This document shows, in pieces, positions 39,139 through 49,827 of a DNA stretch of 64,000 nucleotides; the first letter of the stretch is position 1; every line of letters starts with the position of its first letter. The DNA is from Eledone cirrhosa. Lineage: Eukaryota. The notes under the pieces were generated by a model. It searched no databases. It worked only from the letters and a program-made list of their open reading frames with translations, and had not been told where the DNA came from. A program made the position numbers and the translations under genes. Where the stretch lies: positions 205,158,001-205,222,000 of the forward strand of contig OZ024741.1 in NCBI GenBank assembly GCA_964016885.1, given 5' to 3'.

Positions 39139-41989
39139 ATATATATATATATATTTATGAGTTAAATTTCTTACATGGAAATTGTGACAAAGTGGTAATG
39201 TGCATTCATTTGTGTAAGCGAGTATGAGTGTGAAGAAAGGAAACTGAAATGTGCGAGAGAGTGAGAGATGAATGGCAGGTGACGTACTGAAAAGGAGGAG
39301 TAGAAGAGAGATTTACTTGAAATTTAAGTATCAAATTTTTACTGTTTTTGTCATTTGTTTATTTTAGAAAACTAAAAGAAAGATGGATGTTGTCAGAACA
39401 GGCAGAATATTCTTAAATTACAAATGGTTTCTACACTAAAACAGTAGTTGGAGGAGAAGTGGATGCTTGCTTCACATCAAATATGTAAGAAAACGAGGAG
39501 GATGGCAGATAGATATAGGGATATACAAATATTTTATTAGCCCATTTTTACACCAAGTCCAAAACTTGCTCTGGTTCTAGGAAACAAAACCACCCATTTT
39601 AAATAGTTCATATTTAGATTTAAACCTTTGAACATAATTTTTTTATAAAAAAAACATTTCAATTTACAAATACTATCCTAAAAATAATATAATTAATAAT
39701 TTTAGGAAATCCCTCTAAATTCTTTATTAATTAACTGAAGTACAGTGTATGCCATTAGAAATATGGTAATGAAGGGATTATGGCAGAACTTCAGAAATTG
39801 AGCCAGCTAAGACCTCTCACTTGCCATATCCTAGTAAAAGGAACATCTTAGTTGTTTTTTTTTAGTCCTAAATGAAGTTAAGGGGAAATCTCTCCAAATT
39901 ATCCATTAACTAACTGAAATACAATGTGTCTTTCGAAATATGGTAATGAAAAGTAAGCCAAAGGACAGATATATTTATGTGATTTGGTTAGTTGTGCCAA
40001 ACAAACCCAAGAAAGGTTTGCCAAAAACTACTGGATAGTTATGGGAAGACACCAACCCCACCACACACAGACAATAAGGAAATGTTAACACATTAAATTT
40101 AGTGTATAGATAAATCAATATTCAATCCTGACAAATCTTTTGGGTAGTGAAGTTGGAGATGCAAGTTATAAGATATAAAAGAAACTTATTTGTCTTTACT
40201 ATTTATATAAGCAGTTCATTAATCATACACATACATGCTCCACGGTAACAGCAATCCAATTTGCTGCCACCCTGGGGCACCAACTTCAAAAGTTTTAGTC
40301 AATTATAGTAGTCTGGTACTTATTTTATTGATCACTTACTCAAAAGGAATTTTTGTTCACCCCACCACTTTACACACAGGCTTACAAATATACAATGGAA
40401 GGTCTGTACAATTTCTGTGTAACAAACTTCTTAACCACAGTCATATATATATGTGTGTGTGTGAATGGAAAAAAAAAACAACTAAATTTACAGTTCACAC
40501 CCATGTTGGTTTCTTGGGTGCTTTAATGATAGTCATATCATGAAAAACAACATGAAATGAAGCATTTTGCTCAAGAACATAACACACAGCCTTATAATTA
40601 TGAATCCAGTATCCTAACCATACACACACACATATATATCACAATATAGATGGATAAAATCAAAAACTGTTTAGGGATTTAGTGCAATTTTTATTATTGC
40701 TGCCATTCAATCAATGAACTGACTGAACATCCTGCAATTATTTAGCAAAAAAATATCTAAAAATGGATTTATTAATTCAAATGTTTATACTATCTTTACT
40801 AGAGAATAGATCATTGTAGAAATTTGCATTATTAGAGTAAAGACTAATTTTGATGCAAAGAGTGTCTTGTTAATGTGATTTCATGCTGTACTGGACATTA
40901 AGAGTTAAGGAACTGTACAACATTTGCAGCTGTAATTAAAAGAAAAGGCTTAAATATTTCCACTTATAAGCTGTAAGACAACGGAAGAAATAAGAAGAAA
41001 AAAAGCCAATTAAAAGTGAGATTTCAGCTGCTGCCTCCTCACAAACGAATTTCTCTTTTTATGAGAACAAATAGATTTACCAATGCTGTATGCCTTTGTA
41101 AATTATATATATAAATATATTTTTAATGTCTTAAAAAAGCAAGGGCCCATTATTCCAAGGACTTCCAAGATATAGGGGATTGATATGGTTGATGTTCAAC
41201 TTCATCCTCTGTATATTGACATATGCAGGGAAATTGCAGGTTGAAAGGAAATTCCAGATGTTTTAGGTAGGAAGGATTGGCTATAGTACTCAGTGCACCA
41301 GGTGGGCCTGTATGTAATTGGAAATGTATGAAGCTAAACCATTCTAGATTTATGATACAAAATTGCATATTTTTAAATGTTTATCTTTATATTAAAACCT
41401 CCCATCATAATTTTATTCAAAAACTTTTTGTTAGGTAAGGTTTTATATATCAGTTTACTAAAGAAAAAATGATTTTATTAAATTCTACCAAAGCTTTTGG
41501 AATATATTTTCATAATTGGCACTGCATTTCATTAGAAATACAGTAATGGCAAACTGGCTTTTGTGAAGTTTCATTTCAACATGAAGGTGGTTTGGGTTTT
41601 TGGCTCACAATCGATTCCAGATGGTGTGTTGTATCCTTAAGCAAGAGATTTTATTTCATGTTGCTCCAATCCATTCATATGACAAAAATAAGTTAAACAT
41701 CATTCAAAAGACCAGCCTTGGCACACATTGTGCCATGTTGAATCTCTGAGAACTATGTTAAAGGTACACATGTCTGCAGAATGCTTATCCACTTGCTGCT
41801 AGTGATCCAACTAAATTGCAGCTGCACAAATGTATGCCACTTCACGTATGCATCAACACGTCTGTAATATTCCCGCTTTCACTAGCGGCCGGTTCACGTG
41901 TGGGTCACTTTAACGGCCATAACTCATACGAGCTGGTAGTTGGCATTATATTTGCAGACCGTGGGACTTAGTCCTATAGGATGGAAATA

Positions 41990-42068
41990 GCTATCTGATG
42001 AAATTTACTTTCCGTTGGAAATTCTCTGAATTTCTAATCTTTTGTAAATGGAAACCGCCGGTAATAGC
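41990..42068 (+). ncRNA. Type I hammerhead ribozyme with extended stem II
   Basis: GCTAT-CTGATGA(41995-42001)-ATTTAC/GTAAAT plus inner GTTGGAAATTC/GAATTTCTAAT-GAA-ACC GCC GGT-A(42063)-ATAGC. Confidence 0.8.
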
Positions 42069-42305
42069 ATTATGAACAGGTAGATATTTGAATAATTTTT
42101 TCATTTATTTAAAGGATTGTTTAATGTTTGTTTGTTCTGCTCATCAATTTTTATATATATATAAATAAAAAGGTGGAAGGGATAAATAAATAGTTGGGAA
42201 TACGACAAATAAATAAATAAATAAATGTTTATAGCTGATTTAGAGCACTCAACAAGTTCCTGGAGCAAATAATCAATGAAAATAAATATTAAATCATTCT
42301 GTATG

Positions 42306-42373
42306 TTATTTTATCTGATAAAAGCGCACCATAATCTGCCTTGGTTGCCCTTGAAATATGTATAATAAAATAA
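42306..42373 (+). ncRNA. Hammerhead ribozyme fold with a core substitution (CUGAUAA, G8A)
   Basis: Perfect 9-bp stem I TTATTTTAT/ATAAAATAA; stem II AAGCGCACCA/TGGTTGCCCTT; GAA-ATATGTAT-A; probably inactive. Confidence 0.65.
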
Positions 42374-42499
42374 ATATGGTTTTATAAATATAGTTTCCAT
42401 TTATTAATATATTGTGTATTTACTCCACTAACTGTTGAGTGCTTTATATCAGTTATAAATATATACATATTATGCATATACATACACACACACAACCAT

Positions 42500-42558
<59 letters not shown>

Positions 42559-42903
42559 TATACAAAAGTTACATCACCATGATAATAAAAATACACACAC
42601 ACACATATATATATATACACACATACATATACATACACATATATATAATTATATACACATATATATACATATATACACATATACACAAAATATACATACA
42701 CACACAAATAAATATCTATAAATAAAAAAGGTGGGTATGTAAAGGGTAAGGTAGAAAGTAGGGAGGAATAAGGAAAATAAATAACATAGAAAAAAGTTTA
42801 AATATAAGGGGAGATAAGGGAGAAAAAGAATATAAGGGTACAGAAAGTGAGTTCAGAGAGTAATACAAATCGTAGTGGATGTAAGGCGTAAAGAGCAAAT
42901 AAG

Positions 42904-43155
42904 GTGTGGGAATTCAAAGATAAAAACATCCCGTACTCTATCGATTGGTCTATTTTAGACCATTCAAGGGAATACCAAAGGGGCACAAAGAATTGTTCTT
43001 TGTGCCCCACTGAAAAATTTAGAATTCTACAAAATTTGAAAGCCACTTCAACTTGCCTGAACTCCAAGACCGAGATCTTCAGATGTTGTCCTCACCTGAA
43101 ATCACATCTGCTCTATAACTGGATTGACATTCCTACGATGACTCAACCACCTTGA
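42904..43155 (+). pseudogene. C-terminal half of a Penelope-like (probably Naiad-type) GIY-YIG endonuclease
   Basis: WEFKDKNIPYSIDWSIL..Y..CSLC..EK..I..LNSKTE..CCPH matches the W.I...Y...CxLC..EK...LN..E...CxH pattern I recall for this clade. Confidence 0.78.
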
Positions 43156-43428
43156 ACTTCTCTGCTCTTTACGCCTTACATCCACTACGATTTTTATTAC
43201 TCACTGAACTCAATTTCTGTACCCTTATATTCTTTTGCTCCCTTATCTCCCCTTATATTTAAACTTTTTCCTGTTATTTATTTTCCTTATTTCCCCCTAC
43301 TTTCTACCTTACCCTTTACATACCCACCTTTTTTATTTATAGATATTTATTTCTGTGTGTGTGTATGTTTTGTGTATATATGTATATATGTGTATATAAT
43401 TATATATATGTGTATGTATATGTATGTG

Positions 43429-43476
<48 letters not shown>

Positions 43477-43673
43477 TGTGTTTGTATGGTTGTGTGTGTG
43501 TATGTGTATGTATATATAAATGCATAATTACATACAGAATAATTTAATGTTTATTTTCATTGATTATTTGCCCCAGGAACTTGTTAAGTGCTCTAAATCA
43601 GCTATAAACATACCTTTATTTATTTATTTATTATTTGTCGTATTCTCAACTATTTGTTTACCCCTTCCACCTT

Positions 43674-43704
<31 letters not shown>

Positions 43705-43828
43705 GTAGGAGGTGAGTTTTATTGTAGCACAATAACGCAATGCAAATATCAGATAAGTAGCACTCAACAGTTTATAGGACTGGAGTATAAATAATATAAA
43801 ATCAAAAGATGGTTAAAAGAGTTCCATG

Positions 43829-43896
43829 TATTTTATTATGCGCTTTTCAAAAACAAATATCATGGGATGATATTTGCGTTCTCATCAGATAAAATA
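43829..43896 (-). ncRNA. Type I hammerhead ribozyme (minus strand)
   Basis: Reverse complement TATTTTAT-CTGATGA-GAACGCAAATATCAT CCC ATGATATTTGTTTTT-GAA-AAGCGCAT-A-ATAAAATA; stem III is one base from the palindrome ATGCGCAT. Confidence 0.75.
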
Positions 43897-45057
43897 GGGA
43901 GACATGATATGAAGCTTAAAAAACACTTGCGAGCAGTGAAGTGTTAAATCAACATATGAAAAATAAAATAAGATGGATATATGAGATTGGAAAAAAGGAA
44001 AGGAAGGGGGGAAGGAAAAGGTAAGGAAGAGGACGAAAGAATAGATAGAAGAAAAAAAATAATAATAATAAGGAAAGGATGACGGAGGAGTATAAGAAGG
44101 AAGGATGAGAGAGGAGGAGAAAATGAGTGAGAGAGAGAGAGATAAACTTTAATACTGAGAAACACTGTCTCAGAGAAAAATAAAAAAAAACCGTTGTAAG
44201 ATAATACATAATTTTAAAAAATTTTGAAATTAAAAGTTAATGAGGTTTATGAATGGTGATGCTTATGATTAAAGAAAAAGGAATTAAGAATACTATTTAT
44301 TTAAGGTTTATATATTGAAGGGTTTAATAAGATGTGCGAAAAGGAATTTATTAAAATGTATTAAAATAAAATATATTAAGAAGATAAGGTGAATGAAGAT
44401 AAGGTTAAATGAATTATCAACTTAGAGGAGTTAATTAGGGTCCAAGTTTGTTTCTATATATTGTAATAGGAAAAAATAAATAATAGATTTAATACGAGCA
44501 CGGAAGGAGAGAAGAAAGAAAAAATTCAAGGAAGAAAAATATATAACGTCAAAAAAATGTTTACAAAATTTCCTCTAATGGTAATTATTATATATTAAAA
44601 ATAAAGATTTGTATGGCCGAGAATATAAGGAAAATGCTATAGTGAGTTATAAGATGAATTAAGAAGTAATTGAGAAGTAAAAGTTGCAGATTAAAGATTA
44701 GAAATTTAAAAAGAAAATTAGGGGACCGCTAACGACATAGTATGAGTAATATTGTACAATATACTGAAATAAGGTAGAAAGATGGGTATATTTGTAAAAA
44801 ATATAAAAGCGTTTGAGAAAAGAAGATTTTAAACTAATTAGGTAGTAAGATATTAGCTGTATACTTTATGGAAAGTTCTATGGGATTTATGCAAGCAGAG
44901 CGAAAATAAATCCGTAAGTCTATTTATTATAGAATTAAAATTAGAGATAATGGTAAATTTCTCCGCTAGCAGAGATTGTTCTGGATAGGGAAGAATTAAG
45001 GTAATGAGAGGCGTTGCAAACCTTCCTCCAAGAAAAGTTGTAGTTAATATTTTTGTC

Positions 45058-45676
45058 CGATGGTTGCTAAACACTGTACGGCTTAATTCAGGATGTTTGT
45101 TTACAAACAAACCAAACATTATAATAAGTGCTCGGTAAATCCATACGTACATATATATATACATACTACTGTACGTCTGTATACATATATGTATGTACGT
45201 ATACATACTTATATTTAAGTAACAGCCGTACTAAGAGTGAGAAATGAAATTTCGTTTCATTTTTTCTATTTATCGTTTTCGGTACGCCCGGCCGATTAAC
45301 TCACTCGATATGCAAATTAGGCTGCTCAGCCGTTAATATGCATAAGGAAAGTATATACTTTCAGACGTTCAATCATCTGGCAGGAAGGTATACGGTGCTG
45401 ACGGTAGCTAATAAGCTTGAAACTAGTACATCGCTCCTGTGTCAGTGTTGAACAAAAGGGCAACGATGGTTGCTAAACACTGTACGGCTTAATTTGGGAT
45501 GTTTGTTTACAAACAAACCGAGCATTATAATAAGTGGTCGGTAAATCCATACGTACATATATATATGTGTGCAAGTATGTATATATATATACATACTACT
45601 GTACGTCTGTATACATACTTATATTTAAGTAACAGCCGTACTAAGAGTGAGAAATGAAATTTTGTTTCATTTTTTC
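45058..45676 (+). repeat. Partial tandem repeat (406-bp period): ~210-bp direct repeats 45058-45266 and 45464-45676 with a hammerhead between them
   Basis: Both copies run from CGATGGTTGCTAAACACTGTACGGC to GTTTCATTTTTTC at high identity. Confidence 0.9.
45393..45433 (+). ncRNA. Minimal type I hammerhead ribozyme (CUGACGG core variant)
   Basis: CGGTG-CTGACGG-T-AGCT AATA AGCT-T-GAA-ACTAGT(palindrome)-A-CATCG. Confidence 0.7.
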
Positions 45677-46267
45677 CACATATATATATCCTTATAGGGA
45701 ATTATATATATATATAGGGAATTATTTATATATATATATATATATATCCTTATAGGGAATTAAACAAAGTAAAATTAAATAAAAAAAATATTGGGAAACA
45801 TCACTAGAGAAGCTATTGTTGGATGGCAGCTTCCTATATCCTTAAATAATTATGAACAATCATTTCTTTTTATGAAGCAGAGGGCATATTATTTTGAAGA
45901 GATTGTAACTGATATTATAATTAAACTTTTGGATACCAACCCTTCCAAAACTGCCTCTGGTTATATGGAATAAAACCACCTAATTTCAAAGGTTCCTATT
46001 TAAATTAAAATCTTCAAACAATTTTATATGAGCCTCTTTTGTTATGTTACAAATATCAACTTAAAGAAAATAATTTTAGTAAATCCCTCCAAATTTTTCA
46101 TTAATTAATTCAAATACAATGTATTTTATTAGAAATATAGTAACGAAACTGTTAATCACTGTAATGAAAGGTAACATTGACTTCAATGGAATTTGAACTT
46201 AGATATCTGAGAAACATTCAGTATAGTTCTCTACTGACAACCATTTATTCATTAACAGCAACAATAA

Positions 46268-47022
46268 TAATTGTTTCTACATTTGGCACAAGGCCAGCAA
46301 TTATCCCAGTGCATTACTGGTGCTTTATTTTATCGACACCGTAAGGATGAAAGGCAAAGTTAACCTCAGCGGGATTTGAACTCAGACCATAAAGGGCCGT
46401 AACTCTTTGCTGCAAAGCATGGCGTCAGACCCTCTACCGATACTGCCAATCCACCACCCTTACAACAATAATAATGGTTTCTGATTTAGGCACAAGGCCA
46501 ACAATTTTGGGAGGAATTGAAAGTTGATTATATCAACCCCAGTGTGTGTGTGTGTGTGTGTTACTGGTACTTTATTTTATTGACCTCAAAGATGAAAGGC
46601 AAAGCTAACCTCAGCAGGATTAGAACACAGAATGTAAAGGGCCGTAATAAACAATAATAATAATAATTATCATCATCATCATTGTTTCTAATTTAGGCAT
46701 AAGGCCAGAAATTTCGGGAATGTTAAATCAACTCCAGTAATGAACAGGTATTTTATCGAACCCAGAAGGATGAAAGGCAAATTTGCCCCAGGTGGGATCA
46801 ATGCTCTTATGATTTCTTCTAAACCATTGCTGTAATAATTGTTTCTACTTTTGGCACAAAGCCAGCAATTATCTCAGTGTATTACTGGTACTTCATTTTA
46901 TTGACCCCGTAAGGATGAAAGGCAAAGTTAACCTCGGCGGGATTTGAACTCAGACCGTAAAGGGGCGTAAATCTGTGCTACAAAGCATGGTGTCCAACCC
47001 TCTACCAATACTTCCAATCCAC
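46268..47022 (-). mobile_element. Head-to-tail cluster of about four SINE family 1 and related copies
   Basis: Repeated TTGTTTCTA..GGCACAAGGCCAGCAAT..GGATGAAAGGCAAAG blocks near 46268, 46475, 46680 and 46836. Confidence 0.85.
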
Positions 47023-47306
47023 ATAGCACATAAACATGTTCAGATGTCTCTGAAACCAGTAAAAAAACACACACAGAGAACAAGTTTGGCACATTAAAAT
47101 GTATTTATATAAATAAATTCTGATTCTACCTCCTTAACTCTTTCAACACAGTATTTCTAATGAAACACCTTGCATCTTAATTAATTAATGAAGAATTAGG
47201 GAAGGATTTACTAAATTTATAATTTCATTAAGATTATATTTGTAACATAGCATAAAATGTTCATATATAAAATTAGGTTGGAAAGTTTTAATTCACGTAG
47301 AAACCC

Positions 47307-47520
47307 TTAAATACTTTAGCATTCAAACCAGCCAGAATTCTCTCACTTCATTCTGTTGAAACTGGCCGTTCAAACTGGCCACTCATACTGACGTTAAGGC
47401 ATTGTTCTCAAAATAAATAATATCAAAATCTCATAGATTCGATGTTATGTGAGATAATTATGTGAGGTAAAGTGTTTACCATGAAAATACAATAGAAAAT
47501 ATAGATTAATGTAGGGTTAA
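47307..47520. mobile_element. TTAA MITE family A copy
   Basis: Matches 12964-13178 (reverse) and 57139-57366. Confidence 0.75.
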
Positions 47521-49129
47521 AATAGGCTGTTTTGTTTCATAAAAGCAGAGGTGGTGTTGGGGAGGCTAGTATAAAAATGGTTAAACAGAGGACTCCCTCC
47601 CACAAAAATGTAAAGCAAAAGAATGTAACTGACCTTAGAAGTTGTTGATGATGATGATGACAATAATAATGTTTATCTATAAACTATGACATTTTAAGTA
47701 ATTACTAAGATGAGATTTAGGAAAAGCACCAACTTCCTTATATCCTTAGCTGCACATTCTCTGAGATGGTACACTCACAGTGGAATCATATATTTCCCCA
47801 ATCAGTCAATACAGCTTCCTTTCCATTTCTGACAAAGTTTTGTCAATAACACAGCTGTAACATGATAAGTCAGCTGAACGAGGGTGTGTGTGTGTGTGGT
47901 GTGTGTGTGTGTGTGGTGTGTGTGTGTGGGGGGGGGGGGGGGGAAGAGTAACCTTTAAATTTATTATTACTTTCTCTCTCTCTTTATTTACCTATCTCTC
48001 TCTTTCATTTACTCTTATCTGATTATGTGTATATTTTCAACTTAATACAAACCCCAATGCTGCGAGCAATCTAATTTATCAAACTTACAGCAACAGAGCA
48101 ATCATTAACCAAATCTTTGGGTGTGTAGTCACACTAGATCTCAATTCATATATTAGTCCACAGATATACAAAATCAAAATGTGTCTATACACATAAAACA
48201 ATGCCAATTTGGAGTCTAAACTAAAAAAGAATGAGAATGATAGAAAAGAGAATAATGGAAGGGAGAGAAATAAACAGCTACATGATGATTGTTGGTGAAG
48301 GGATTGAATAGAAAAAAACATGACAAAGAGTCTAATAGAGGAGAGTAATTGGAGAGCCAGAGTGAAAAACTGATAAAATGGAGAGCACTAGGAGAGAACC
48401 AGAGAGGCAGGAGCATGAGAATGATAGAGGAGAGTTTAATATATATATATATATATATAATATATATGAGAGAGAGAGAGAGAGAGTAATAAACAGCTAT
48501 ATGATGGAAGAATGAATAATGAAAGAGAGATGGTAGAAAATAAGTGAATAATGAAGAGTAATAGAGGAGAAAAATAAGAGATGAAGTAATAAGTGAGAGC
48601 AAATAATGTATAGCAATAGTGATGGATGATGGTAGGGGTTGGGGTATGGACAGATTCACCTAGATTCCACACTAATCACTTATCCAGAAATGTAACCCTT
48701 TGAAATTCCTTTCAAGCAGAGATTGATCCACAGATGTCCCTGCTGAACATCAACCTCACCAATCTTAAAGAGCCTGTGAAGGCCAACAACATTACTCTCA
48801 CCTCAGTGTCATGTGGAGGGGGAAGGGGAGAATAAAGTATTCAACAAGTGTTAAGAGAACTCTGCATCCATTGCCATGAAAAAACAGTCTACCCAATAAA
48901 GTGGTAGCATTCAACACACTCTGAAAAGTGGTGGTGTTGGTGTCATGAAAAACATACCCAGTGCAGCTTGTGAGGTGGTTGGCATGAGGAGAAACCATGT
49001 AAGTTAAGGTCACTCCAACCTGTCTGGGCTCAGACAGCAACAGCCTGTCCGACCTATGCCACCGTGGAAAGTAGACATATAGTGATGATGATTATGATGA
49101 TGATATACATGCACACACATATATCTCCA

Positions 49130-49827
49130 TTTATAAAATTGTCAAGAAGGCTGAGGGTGTCTTAGCAAGACCTTTGTCAGTCGCTCTCCAGCTATCTATT
49201 TAAAGCTATATATAGCTATAGTGCGACCACACTTAGAATTTGCATCACCAGTCTGGAACTCCTATCTTGCTCAGAACATCGAGCTCCTGGAAAATGTTCA
49301 ATGACGTGCAACCAAGCAAATACCCTCCATCAGGCATCTACCATACTCTGAACGCCTTGCCTTGCTTCCCTGAGCATGGATACATTGAAGCTCCGACGTC
49401 TGGCAACTGACTTGGTAAACACCCACAAAATTATTAACCATCTTGCCAACGACAACCCTGAGCACCTTTTTGATTTCCATGTGTCTAACACACATGGGCA
49501 TGCCTACAAAGTTAGAAAACAGCACAGCTCCCATGACTTTCGGAAACATTCTTTCACTCTCAGAGTTGCTGAAGCATGGAACAAACTACCTGCATCAGCT
49601 GTTAGCTGTCAAGACACTGCATCCTTTAAAACCTCCATGCTTTCTGAGATTCGCCAACACTGCACCTGATGTCCCCCCTCCATACACACACACACACACA
49701 TGTATTTCATGACTAATACACTGTTCATTTTCCTGACATTTGAACATTATTCTATGTACTATACATGCACCTTTGATGAGTTGTGCACCTGAGCACTGTA
49801 AACAATAATTTCATTGTTATTATTATT
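49130..49827 (+). mobile_element. 3' end of a CR1-clade LINE
   Basis: LY.AIVRPHLEFASPVWN.YL..NIELLENVQ.RATK, LRRLATDLV..HKII, THGHAYK, FTLRVAEAWNKLP; ATT-repeat tail. Confidence 0.88.

Larger units (their letters stand above)
42152..43703 (+). mobile_element. 5'-truncated Penelope-like element with an inverted copy of its 3' region
   Basis: Arms 42152-42897 and 43163-43703 are reverse complements around a 265-bp spacer encoding a GIY-YIG-type C-terminus; bounded by TA runs. Confidence 0.8.

Noticed and set aside
41150-41310. Minus-strand open frame GPPGALSTIANPSY..WKSLE-stop after a cag acceptor
   Set aside because: Weak acceptor and no homology; cannot be supported as a terminal exon without transcripts
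45343-45388. Minus-strand stem plus GAAAGTATATACTTTC palindrome
   Set aside because: No CUGANGA box in the required position
47776-47860. Minus-strand exon-like segment with a GTGAGT donor
   Set aside because: Stop codons in all three frames
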